Shown here piece after piece: positions 13,293-21,812 of a DNA stretch of 64,000 bases. The stretch spans positions 210 through 64,209 of the forward strand of contig CAWDBS010000083.1 in NCBI GenBank assembly GCA_963800415.1, written 5' to 3'. The position numbers and the translations under genes were made by a program. This stretch comes from an uncultured Actinomycetes bacterium. Lineage in GTDB: Bacteria > Actinomycetota > Actinomycetes > Streptosporangiales > Streptosporangiaceae. Position 1 is the stretch's first letter, and each line of letters opens with the position of its first letter. The notes under the pieces were generated by a model. The model did no database searches and had not been told where the DNA came from. It was given only the letters and a program-made list of their open reading frames with translations.

Positions 13293-13550
13293 ATGCACAC
13301 ACCGGGTGACCACGCCGCGCCAGTCAATGCCGTGGCGGTCGATTCCGAGGAGAGCCGGGTCGAGGTATATGTCACCACCGACACCTCGGCCGCGCCGCAT
13401 AAGGCCGACGAGGCCAGGCTGTACGTGATGTACGACGCGGCCAACCCCGACGGCGACAAGCTCTATTTCACCGAGGCCGAGTGGGAGGCGTTCGTCCTCG
13501 GGGTCAAGGACGGCGAGTTCGACCTCGACGAGTCGGGCAACCTACCGTAA
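13293..13550 (+). CDS. DUF397 domain-containing protein
   Basis: The C-terminal DKLYFTEAEWEAFVLGVKDGEFD is the characteristic DUF397 motif of actinomycetes. The start codon is uncertain. Confidence 0.65.
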   Translation: MHTPGDHAAPVNAVAVDSEESRVEVYVTTDTSAAPHKADEARLYVMYDAANPDGDKLYFTEAEWEAFVLGVKDGEFDLDESGNLP

Positions 13551-14245
13551 CTTGTTCGGGCCGGCCTTGCCGGACTGCGACTGCGGCTGAGCCAGCATCG
13601 AGGCGGGCACACCGAGGACCGCGGCCATGTCGGCCCGCAGCTTCGGCGCGGCGGCGAAGCCGCGCCGAATACCATCGTGGACTGGGTCTTGCCGTCGGCC
13701 GTGAGGCTCACCGTCTGGCAGCCGCTCGCGCCGTAGACGAACCTGGCCAGCGCCCGGCTGCCGTCGTAGAACGTCCCCGAGTAGGAGACGCCGAAGTCGG
13801 CCGCGCAGTGCACCGTCCCCTTCGCCGTGGCCGCGTGGCCGACGGCGCTGCAGAACTGGCCGAACAGCGCGCGCACCAGCGCCGTCTGGTGCTGGGTCAT
13901 GCTGAGCGCACCCATCCGGGTCGGCTCGACCAGGTGCATGGTGCGATGCACGGTGACCGACGTCGCCTGGTTGACGCTGGCGCAGCCGGTCGCCGTCGCG
14001 GTGGCGGCTGAAGACCCGGCCGAAGACGCCGCAGCCGAAGACGCCGCAGCCGAAGACGCCGCGGCCGAAGACGCCGCGGCGGCCGATGATGCTGCCGGGG
14101 CCGATGATGCTCAGGCCGATGTGTGGGCCGACGACGTGGTGCCGGACCCGGCCGCGCTCGAGGCCGTAACGGAGCCGCACCCGGCGAGCGCCGAGCACAG
14201 CAGTACCGCTAGTACAGTTCCGCGAACTTGGCGTGGAGACATCAT
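13542..14245 (-). pseudogene. lipoprotein with Ser/Ala-rich linker, frame-disrupted
   Basis: The start ATGATG at 14245 gives MMSPRQVRGTVLAVLLCSALAGCGS (signal peptide plus LAGC lipobox). This frame stops after ~44 codons. The Ser/Ala repeat and a globular part (VNQATSVTVHRTMHLVEPTRMG...CQTVSLTADGKTQSTMVFG) continue in a second frame, and the C-terminus (AAPKLRADMAAVLGVPASML...) is in a third. Confidence 0.6.
14010..14084 (-). repeat. 15-bp tandem repeat (about 4.5 copies) inside the lipoprotein gene
   Basis: GAAGACGCCGC(A/G)GCC occurs at 14022, 14037, 14052 and 14067, with a degenerate copy at 14010. It encodes an (AASSA)n linker on the minus strand. Confidence 0.85.
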
Positions 14246-14293
14246 GCCGCTTGGACGCACCCCGCGCGTCATCAGTTCCCTCGTGTTGCGGCA

Positions 14294-14830
14294 TCACCAC
14301 AAGGTGACCGGTCCCGCGCCCTCCAGCCGGAGCAGCAGCTCCTTGCGTTCCAGGCCGCCGCCGTAGCCGGTCAGGCTGCCGTCGCTGCCGATCACCCGGT
14401 GGCACGGCACGATGACCGAGATCGGGTTGGCGCCGTTGGCCAGGCCCACCGCGCGCGACGCGACCAGCCGCTTGCCGAGCGCCCGGGCGATGTCGCCGTA
14501 ACTGACCGTGCTCCCGTACGGGATCTTGGTCAGCTCGGTCCAGACGGCGAGCTGGAACGGGCTCCCGCTCGGCGCCAGCGGCACGGTGAACTCTTTCAGG
14601 TCGCCGCCGAAGTACGCCTCGAGCTGCGCCGCGACCTCGCGGAAGGACTCCGGGCTCGGCATCAGCGCGGACACGTCCCAGCGGGCCGAATGCCGGTCGG
14701 CGTCGATCATCCACAGGCCGGTCAGGGCGTGCCCGTCGCCGAGCAGCAGCAGCCTGCCGATGGGGGAGCCGACGATGTGGGACAGGCGCGGCGCGCCGGA
14801 GTCAGGCGCCACGAACGGGCTCGTCATCAT
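14294..14830 (-). CDS. ogt: methylated-DNA--protein-cysteine methyltransferase
   Basis: The PCHRV active-site motif is present (VIVPCHRVIGSDGSLTGYGGG). The start ATG at 14830 overlaps the upstream stop (ATGA). Confidence 0.88.
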   Translation of the reverse strand: MMTSPFVAPDSGAPRLSHIVGSPIGRLLLLGDGHALTGLWMIDADRHSARWDVSALMPSPESFREVAAQLEAYFGGDLKEFTVPLAPSGSPFQLAVWTELTKIPYGSTVSYGDIARALGKRLVASRAVGLANGANPISVIVPCHRVIGSDGSLTGYGGGLERKELLLRLEGAGPVTLW

Positions 14831-16428
14831 TGATCCTTTTCTTCGAGGTACGCCCACAGGTGGTGGACGGCGTAGGAGCGCCACGGCCGCCAGTTCTCGG
14901 CCAGCGCGGCCGCCGCCCTGGCCGCCCGGGCTCGCGCCGACGGGCCGGTCCCGGCCGGTACCGCGCCGAGGCGGGCCAGCGCGTCGAGCACGCCGACGTC
15001 TGAGGGCAGGAACGCGTCCGGGTCGGACAGCGCGCGCATCCGGATGTAGGAGGCGGTCCACGGGCCGATGCCCGGCAGCGCCAGCAGGACCGCCTCGGCG
15101 CGGTCCCGTTCGGCGCCCGGGTCGAGCGACAGTTCGCCGGAGGCGAGCGCGGCGGCCAGCCCGGTCAGGGCCAGGGCGCGGCTCCGCGGCATCGGCAACG
15201 CGGCCGGATCGGCCGCGGCGAGCGTCTCGGCCGCGGGGAAGCAGTGCGTCAGCGGACCGTCAGGCCGCTCCAGCGGCTTGCCGTAGGAGGCCACCAGCCG
15301 CGCCCCGAGGCGCCGGGCCGCGGCCACCGACACCTGCTGGCCGAGCACGGCCCGCAGCGCCAGTTCGCTGCCGTCGACATGCCCGGGCGACCGCCGTCCC
15401 GGATTGGCCCGGGCCAGCGATCCGAGCACGGGGTCGGCCGACAGGTAGCCGGTGACGGCCTCGGGGTCGGCGTCCAGGTCGAGCAGGCGCCGGCAGCGCT
15501 GCACCGCGGCGGTCAGGTCGCGCAGGTCCTCGAGCTGGAGCTCGCAGTCGACGTAGCCCGGCCCGGGGCGGCGCATGACCGGGCCGGGCCCGAGCGGGCT
15601 CAAGGACAGGATCCCGGTTCCGTTCGGCAATTGAATGGTCCGCCGGTACCGGCCGTCCCGCACCTCTTCCACCCCCGGGATGGCCCGCGCGGCCAGGAAG
15701 CCCAGCATCCGCTCCCCGTCGATCGGGGCCCGGTACGCCAGCCGAAGTCTGATCAGGCCGGGTGCCGCCGGGTCGCCCGGGGGCGGCGCAAGCAGTAGCC
15801 GCCGGGTCGGCGCCGCCCGCTGGCCACGCGCCTGGCGGAGCTGAGTCGGCGTCACCGCGAAGACCTCGTGGATGGTCGCGTTGAACTGCCTGATGCTGGC
15901 GAAGCCGGCCGCGAAGGCGATCTCGGACAGCGGCAGCGCGGTGGTCTCGGTGAGGATGCGTGCCGTCTGTGCCCGCTGCGCGCGGGCGATGGCGAGCGGG
16001 CCCGCGCCCAGTTCGGCGGTGACCAGGCGGCGCACCTGGCGCTGCTCGTAGCCGAGCCTGCTGGCCAGGCCTTCGACGCCGTCCCGGTCGACCACGCCGT
16101 CGGCGATCAGCCGCATCGCCCGGCCCACCACGTCGGCCCGGATGTTCCACTCGGGCGAGCCGGGGGAGGCGTCGGGACGGCACCGCTTGCAGGCCCGGAA
16201 GCCTGCCTCCTGGGCCGCCGCCGCGCTGCGGTAGAACCGCATGTTCGCGCGCTTCGGCGTGATCGCCGGGCAGGACGGACGGCAGTAGATGCCCGTCGAG
16301 GTCACCGCGATGAAGAACACGCCGTCGAACCGGGGGTCCTTGCTGACCGCCGCCTGGTAACGCCGCTCGTCGTCGAGCGCGGGCACGCCGCCGGCCAAGG
16401 TCGTGAGGTTGTGTGTCACGTCCTCCAC
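14827..16428 (-). CDS. bifunctional Ada-type transcriptional regulator / DNA-3-methyladenine glycosylase II (Ada zinc domain, AraC HTH, AlkA N-terminal domain and HhH-GPD)
   Basis: The N-terminal Cys4 methyl-acceptor region is FFIAVTSTGIYCRPSCP...CKRCRP. An AraC HTH (LSEIAFAAGFASIRQFNATIHEVF) and a HhH-GPD region (LLALPGIGPWTASYIRMRAL) follow. The 533-aa ORF is intact. Confidence 0.88.
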   Translation of the reverse strand: MEDVTHNLTTLAGGVPALDDERRYQAAVSKDPRFDGVFFIAVTSTGIYCRPSCPAITPKRANMRFYRSAAAAQEAGFRACKRCRPDASPGSPEWNIRADVVGRAMRLIADGVVDRDGVEGLASRLGYEQRQVRRLVTAELGAGPLAIARAQRAQTARILTETTALPLSEIAFAAGFASIRQFNATIHEVFAVTPTQLRQARGQRAAPTRRLLLAPPPGDPAAPGLIRLRLAYRAPIDGERMLGFLAARAIPGVEEVRDGRYRRTIQLPNGTGILSLSPLGPGPVMRRPGPGYVDCELQLEDLRDLTAAVQRCRRLLDLDADPEAVTGYLSADPVLGSLARANPGRRSPGHVDGSELALRAVLGQQVSVAAARRLGARLVASYGKPLERPDGPLTHCFPAAETLAAADPAALPMPRSRALALTGLAAALASGELSLDPGAERDRAEAVLLALPGIGPWTASYIRMRALSDPDAFLPSDVGVLDALARLGAVPAGTGPSARARAARAAAALAENWRPWRSYAVHHLWAYLEEKDQ

Positions 16429-16469
16429 AATGCCAGCCCGCGTGGACCAGAACTAGCGGGAATCGGACA

Positions 16470-16772
16470 TCAACCCCTGAGGGTGCTGATGACGATGGCG
16501 ACAGCTTCTGCCTGGTCCTGCTGACCGGCCCCGGGCCAGATCTGGCGCTGCTCGATGTCCGTGCTGGCGCACGGACTGGCCGTACCTCGCCCGCCATGGC
16601 GATAACAGGCGTCGAGGCCGGTGCGGTCGGCGGGATCATCGGCAATATCATGCGCGGACAGTGACCATTGGATCACAATTATTCTTCCGAACGAACCGTG
16701 GTGCGCAGCCCAGATAACGCTTTTCGTGTTCACATGGGCATCAACCGTCCCCTGATGTCTCTCCGGTGGCAT
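16470..16772 (-). CDS. hypothetical protein (orphan, about 100 aa)
   Basis: ATG at 16772 is preceded by GAGGGT. GC3 is moderately high in the 3' two-thirds. No family was recognised, and the 5' part lies in the lower-GC patch. Confidence 0.3.
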   Translation of the reverse strand: MPPERHQGTVDAHVNTKSVIWAAHHGSFGRIIVIQWSLSAHDIADDPADRTGLDACYRHGGRGTASPCASTDIEQRQIWPGAGQQDQAEAVAIVISTLRG

Positions 16773-16837
16773 GTCTGTAACCCTCTGTAGTGTATGGCTC
16801 GGGAGATAGGTAACTATTACCTCTGTTACCCATTGCA

Positions 16838-17281
16838 TTGGAGACAGCACTTAGTGTTACATTACAAATGGTAGCGAAACAACTTCGCACCGTGTTAGAG
16901 CCGCATTCGAGGTGTGTGTCGTGGCCAGCAATTTTCCGGACGAGGGCCTACCAGCGGACGAGGGCGGGGAGCTACCGCGCCGACCTCCCCTTCCGTACGG
17001 GCGGCAATGGCCACCCGGCGCACACCGAAGCCCGTGCCGAACTTCGTGACCGGGAGACCTACTACACAGAGCTACGCTTCGCCGTCCACTGCCAGAGCAG
17101 GTCCATTCCCGCCCCGCGAGCCGCCCTCGACAACGAGGAGTCCAGCATCTGGACGCACGGTGCTTCCGCCAAGAGCGCCCCGGAGAACGGTGCCGACCAG
17201 GCTCGTACCAACGAGGATGACGGCACCGCGGGCGAAAGCTGGGATGAGATGATCGCGCGCTTCGGCGATACCTGGACCTGA
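16838..17281 (+). CDS. hypothetical protein (orphan); start uncertain, possibly an internal GTG near 16915
   Basis: GC3 is high from about 17000 to the stop at 17281 (…TEARAELRDRETYYTELRFAV…SWDEMIARFGDTWT). The first ~25 codons are AT-rich and probably non-coding. No family was recognised. Confidence 0.4.
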   Translation: METALSVTLQMVAKQLRTVLEPHSRCVSWPAIFRTRAYQRTRAGSYRADLPFRTGGNGHPAHTEARAELRDRETYYTELRFAVHCQSRSIPAPRAALDNEESSIWTHGASAKSAPENGADQARTNEDDGTAGESWDEMIARFGDTWT

Positions 17282-17288
17282 AAGGCCA

Positions 17289-17343
17289 CCAGCGGCGGCC
17301 CGGAGCCTTCCTCCGGCGCTCGGGCGTCCGGGTCCGCCGCTGG
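17289..17343. terminator. compound hairpin between convergent genes (candidate bidirectional terminator)
   Basis: The outer 10-bp stem is CCAGCGGCGG(17289-17298)/CCGCCGCTGG(17334-17343). The inner stem is CCGGAG/CTCCGG (17300-17316). Confidence 0.4.
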
Positions 17344-17374
17344 TCACACAGGGGGTAAAGCCGCCTCTACGGGG

Positions 17375-18292
17375 TTAGAGCCGCCAGAAGTCGAAGCGGT
17401 CGCGCCCGGCCCGGAAACCGGCCGCCTCGACCACGTCGACCGCCAGCTTGAACTTGTCGCCCACCCGCCAGGGCTGGTGCGCGTCGCTGCCGAACGACAC
17501 CGCACGTCCCCCGGCCTCCCGCCACCAGCGCGGCAGGTCCGCCGAGATCAGCGGGCTCTTGGTGTTCACTTCGAGGACCCGGTCGCTGGCGGCCAGGGCG
17601 CGCAGCACGGTTCGGATTTCCGCCTCGAAGGCCTGCTCCTCGTACGGCCCGGCCGTCCGCGGCCACATCCGCCGGGGGAAATCAAGGTGCGCCAGCACCT
17701 GGAAGATGGTGCTGCCCTCGACCAGTCGCAGCAGTTCGGCGAAGTACCGGCGCATCACGTCGCCGGCCGGCATCTGCCGGAACAGGTCGTCGGCGGCCGT
17801 CAGTCGCCCGCCGTACGGGATCGCGTGCAGCGAGCCGAGAATCCGGTCCGGGCCGGCCCTGGCCACCTCCGCGGCCGCGCTGGCGGCCCACATATGGGCC
17901 TCGCCGATCTCGACGCCGGAGAGTATCCGCAGCTCGGGGTAGCGCTCACGGCAGTCGTCCAGGGTCGCGAGGTAGCCCGTCATGTCGAGCAGGTGCATCC
18001 GGGGGTACCGGTGCGGGTCGAGGTTCTCCGCGCCGATCCGGTCGCCGTCGGTCCAGGTGGTGAAGTCCAGGTGATCGGTGAACGCGACGCCGGGCAGGCC
18101 GGCCGCCACCGCCTGCTCGCAACTGCGCGCCATGGACGCCTCGCGCGGCGCGTCCCACGACCACTCGGTATGCACGTGGTTATCGACCGGGGGAGACCAG
18201 CCTCCGCTGGCCGCAGACGGTTCGGCGGGCTGGTCTGACGAGGCATGCGGGGATTGCTGCGCAGGAGGCACTGCCGGATCTGTCCTACTCAT
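17375..18292 (-). CDS. PHP-domain phosphoesterase (histidinol-phosphatase HisJ-like family)
   Basis: VDNHVHTEWSWDA..., ...VAFTDHLDF..., ...GSLHAIPY... and ...FGSDAHQP are PHP metal-binding motifs. ATG 18292 was chosen as the start because the upstream part of the ORF-track frame is Arg/Pro-rich. Confidence 0.8.
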   Translation of the reverse strand: MSRTDPAVPPAQQSPHASSDQPAEPSAASGGWSPPVDNHVHTEWSWDAPREASMARSCEQAVAAGLPGVAFTDHLDFTTWTDGDRIGAENLDPHRYPRMHLLDMTGYLATLDDCRERYPELRILSGVEIGEAHMWAASAAAEVARAGPDRILGSLHAIPYGGRLTAADDLFRQMPAGDVMRRYFAELLRLVEGSTIFQVLAHLDFPRRMWPRTAGPYEEQAFEAEIRTVLRALAASDRVLEVNTKSPLISADLPRWWREAGGRAVSFGSDAHQPWRVGDKFKLAVDVVEAAGFRAGRDRFDFWRL

Positions 18293-18374
18293 GTCGTGGC
18301 TGATGCTTCCCCTTGAGCCTACCGAGGCATTCCCGCGGCTCCCGTGGTGCGCCGTCGCCCCGGGCCGATCCGGG

Positions 18375-19929
18375 CTACCAGCCGGGCTGGCGCGGCTTGG
18401 CCGAGGTGATGACGTACACCTCGCCGCTGTCGGGTTCGGGTGGCTGCGCCGCGGCGGGCTTGAGGGCCGGCGGCTCCAGGGCAGCCGGGGCCTCCGCCGG
18501 TTCCACTGGCTCGGCGTCTTCCTCGCCCTCGTTCCTGCGCTTCCTGGCCGCGTCCGCGGTAATCCTCTCGGCGAGTTTCTGCCAGCGCTCTTCCCACTCG
18601 GCAACGTTCCCGTCGCAGGCGCGCACGAAGGCGACGGCGACGGGAAGCGAGGGCAGGCGCAGGCCGCCGGCCGCCGCCGCGAGCGTCTTCATCTCGTAGT
18701 GGGAGACCTCGGCCATCTCCGGGTAGTCGAGGTCGGCCGTGGCCCGCAGCGCGCGCAGATCCCGGGCAAACGCCTCCAGGTCGTCCGGCGCGATGCTGGC
18801 CGCCGGCTGGGCTGGCCCGGCCGGCCGGTCCTCGGGTACGGCCGTATCACGCTGGCGGATCACCGGCCCCGCCGGTTCCGGCGGCGGGCCGAGCCGCTCA
18901 CGTCCGTCAGGCGCCTCGAAACGCGGCCCGGCGGGCGGGTGCTCGCGCAGCGGCGGAGTCCCGGATATCCCGGGTGCCCCCGGGGGCCCGGATAGCCCGG
19001 ATACTCCCGGAGCGCCGGAAAGCCCGGATGCTCCGGGGGGGCCGTATGGTGGCGGACCCCCGCGACCCGGCCCTGAGGCCGGTCCGCCCGGACCGGGACC
19101 GCCCGGACCGTGCCCGCCCGGCGTCGGCGAGCCCGGCGCCGGGGTCGGTCGGTTCCGGTTGTCGGCGTAGGGGTCCGGCGCGGCCGGGGCCCGGCCCGTG
19201 GTGCCGCCCCGAGGTACCGCCCGGAGCGCTAGGCCCTGGCGGCCGGTACAAGCGGTCCGCGCCCGGCGGCACCCGGCGCCCGTTAGGCAGCCGGTACTGG
19301 CGATTGGACCCCGGCCCGCCGTTGGGTGCCCCGCCGTTGGGTGCCCCGCCGTTCGGCATCGGCCCGCCGTTCGGGGGCCCGCCGTTCGGGGGCCCGCCGT
19401 GCGGCGCTCCGCCGTGCGGCGCCGCTCCAGCATGTGGCGCTCCAGCGTAGGGCACGCCCCCATATGGGCCGCCGGCGTTCGGCGTTCCGCTGTGCGACGC
19501 GGCCCCGTACGGGCCGCCGCCATCTGGGTACCCGCCGTGCGGCCCACCGGGGCCCGGAGGTCCGCCGTGCGGCGCCGGGCCGTTACCTGGGAAGCCGCTG
19601 GCAGGCATCCCGCCACCCGGCATGCCGACATGGCCGGGGCTGCCGTTCGGAGGCGCGCCCGGCGGGAACCTCCCCGGCTGGCCTGGGTGCGGCCGTCCCG
19701 GCTGCCGGAGCCGCTGCTGCCGCGGCGGGGTCTCGCCTGGGCGGCGCAGCAACTGCCCGTAGTCGTCTTCTTCGATCTCTGCCGGTCGGCCTGACCCGGC
19801 CGCATCATCCTCATCGGCCGGGTAACCCTCGTCGGAGGGGTAAGGTCCAGGGCCATAGCCGCGGCGATCCCGCTCGCGCCTAGGCGGACCGTACGCGTCA
19901 CGGCCGAGGCCGGTGTCGCCACGTTCCAC
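18375..19929 (-). pseudogene. Pro/Gly-rich protein with C-terminal helix-turn-helix domain, apparent frameshift in the low-complexity region
   Basis: The N-terminal frame (ATG 19929: MERGDTGLGRDAYGPPRRE...(GGxPN) repeats) and the C-terminal frame (…DDLEAFARDLRALRATADLDYPEMAEVSHYEMKTLAAAAGGLRLPSLPVAVAFVRACDGNVAEWEERW…, stop at 18375) differ. The switch lies somewhere around 19.0-19.3 kb. Alternatively the real start is internal. Confidence 0.5.
19315..19423 (-). repeat. 15-bp periodic repeat (about 7 units) encoding Gly/Pro/Asn-rich low complexity
   Basis: CCCGCCGTT(G/C)GG... units start at 19315, 19330, 19345, 19363, 19378, 19393 and 19409. Confidence 0.8.
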
Positions 19930-20028
19930 CAGATACCTCCTGGACCTAAGTGTCCAGCCGCGCCGCGGGACATTTGCCCTTACCTCTTGAGTGTAGGTCG
20001 ACAGAAATCCCCTGTATGACCTAGACGG

Positions 20029-20056
20029 CTAATTGTCACTAATTGCACACAATTAG
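20029..20056. promoter_or_regulatory. candidate operator: inverted repeat CTAATTG-CACA-CAATTAG plus an extra upstream half-site
   Basis: A perfect 7-bp inverted repeat lies at 20039-20056, and a direct copy of CTAATTG lies at 20029-20035. The site is in the AT-rich divergent region between the HTH gene (minus strand) and nfeD (plus strand). Confidence 0.35.
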
Positions 20057-20183
20057 GTGTACCGCCCTGGTGTTCTCCCGATAACGCCGTGTATCAAATG
20101 AGACGGCTGGCTAGCCGGGGGACGTGCTGCGAACGGTCCCCGGTGGGGTTACAGTCGGAGCAAGAGCTTTCCGCGGAGCGGCC

Positions 20184-20615
20184 ATGTTGTCCTGGATCGT
20201 GTGGCTGATCGTGGCAGCAGTCCTCGGCGTTGCCGAACTGCTCACCACGACGCTAGCTTTCGGCCTTATCGCGGTCGCGGCGGTGGTCGCGGCTGTGATC
20301 GGGACGTTTCATCTCGGCCTGCCTTTCCAGCTCGCCGCGTTCGTCGTCGCGGCCGGGGCCGGGCTCGGTTTCGTCCGGCCGATCGCAATGCGGCATGTCA
20401 AGCAGCCGCCATTGCTGCGCACGGGAACCGCCGCGCTCGTCGGACGCTCGGCGATTGTCCTGGAGGAGATCACCGAGCACAGCGGCCGGATCCGCATCGG
20501 CGGCGAGGAGTGGTCCTCGCGTCCTTACGACGAGTCGCTGGTGATCCCGGTCGGCGCCAAGGTCGACGTCATGCAGATCGACGGTGCCACCGCCCTCGTT
20601 TACCCTCGGGAGTAG
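20184..20615 (+). CDS. NfeD family membrane protein
   Basis: Transmembrane helices are followed by a C-terminal OB-like domain (GRSAIVLEEITEHSGRIRIGGEEWSSRPYD...VDVMQIDGATALV). The gene lies immediately upstream of an SPFH gene, which is the classic pairing. Confidence 0.85.
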   Translation: MLSWIVWLIVAAVLGVAELLTTTLAFGLIAVAAVVAAVIGTFHLGLPFQLAAFVVAAGAGLGFVRPIAMRHVKQPPLLRTGTAALVGRSAIVLEEITEHSGRIRIGGEEWSSRPYDESLVIPVGAKVDVMQIDGATALVYPRE

Positions 20616-20617
20616 CC

Positions 20618-21808
20618 ATGTTGCTGGCAGAAGGCCTCATCGCGGCGGTCGTCGCGCTGCTGGTCGTTATCATCGTGATGCGTTCGGTACGGATCGTGCC
20701 GCAGGCACGCGCCCGCAACGTCGAGCGGCTCGGCCGTTACCGCAAGACGCTGGAGCCTGGGCTGAATTTCGTTATCCCCATGATCGACCGGGTAAAGCCG
20801 ATGATCGACCTGCGCGAGCAGGTGGTCTCGTTCGCAGGCGCGCCGGTAATCACCGAGGACAACCTGGTCGTGCTCATCGACACCGTGCTGTTCTTCCAGG
20901 TGACCGACCCGCGCGCGGCGGACTACGAGATCGTCAACTACATCCAGGCCATCGAGCAGATCACCGCCACGATGCTGCGCAGCGTGATCGGGTCGATGGA
21001 CCTGGAACAGACGCTCACGTCGCGCGACAAGATCAACGCCTTGCTGCGCGGCGTGCTGGATGACGCGTCAGGGAAGTGGGGCATCCGGGTCACCCGGGTG
21101 GAGATCAAGGCCATCGACCCGCCGAAGTCGGTCAAGGACGCGATGGAGAAGCAGATGCGTGCCGAGCGCGAGAAGCGCGCCGCGATCCTGACCGCCGAGG
21201 GCGTCAGGCAGTCCAAGATCCTGACCGCCGAAGGCGAAAAGCAAAGCGCCATCCTGACCGCCGAGGGCGTCAAGCAGGCCAAGATCCTGACTGCGGAAGG
21301 CGAGGCGCAGGCCATCAGCGCGGTGTTCCAATCCGTACACGACAACGACCCCGATCCCAAGCTGCTCGCCTACCAGTACCTGCAGACGCTGCCGCAACTC
21401 GCCCAGGGCGCGGGCAACACGTTCTGGGTCATCCCGAGCGAGGTGACGACTGCGTTGCGGTCGGTGGCCAGCGCCTTCGGCGGCGGCGACGCCGGACCCG
21501 CAGAACCAGCGCCGAAGGGGAGGACCCGGCGTGAGCCGTCCGCCGTCGCCGCCAGCAGCGCCGCCGCCGTCCCGGCCGACAGCCCACCCGCTCTGGATCC
21601 CGCCCCGGTTCCCGCTGGTACCGCGGCCTCCGACAGCGATCAGGCCACAGCCGATGCCCTGAGCGCCATGCTGGCCGCCGCCATGCCCGGGACCAGCTTC
21701 GTCGATCCGCTAGGGGGCGCCGATTCCGCCGGTGCCGAAGCCGAGGTTTCCGCCACACCCCAGGACGGCGGCCCGATCGGCGCCAATGGCAGCGAAGCGG
21801 CGGGCTAG
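20618..21808 (+). CDS. SPFH/band-7 (stomatin-like) protein with long Ala/Pro-rich C-terminal tail
   Basis: RIVPQARARNVERLGRYRKTLEPGLNFVIPMIDRV... and ...KAIDPPKSVKDAMEKQMRAEREKRAAILTAEG repeats are typical SPFH. The ATG lies 2 nt after the nfeD stop. Confidence 0.9.
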   Translation: MLLAEGLIAAVVALLVVIIVMRSVRIVPQARARNVERLGRYRKTLEPGLNFVIPMIDRVKPMIDLREQVVSFAGAPVITEDNLVVLIDTVLFFQVTDPRAADYEIVNYIQAIEQITATMLRSVIGSMDLEQTLTSRDKINALLRGVLDDASGKWGIRVTRVEIKAIDPPKSVKDAMEKQMRAEREKRAAILTAEGVRQSKILTAEGEKQSAILTAEGVKQAKILTAEGEAQAISAVFQSVHDNDPDPKLLAYQYLQTLPQLAQGAGNTFWVIPSEVTTALRSVASAFGGGDAGPAEPAPKGRTRREPSAVAASSAAAVPADSPPALDPAPVPAGTAASDSDQATADALSAMLAAAMPGTSFVDPLGGADSAGAEAEVSATPQDGGPIGANGSEAAG

Positions 21809-21812
21809 GACG

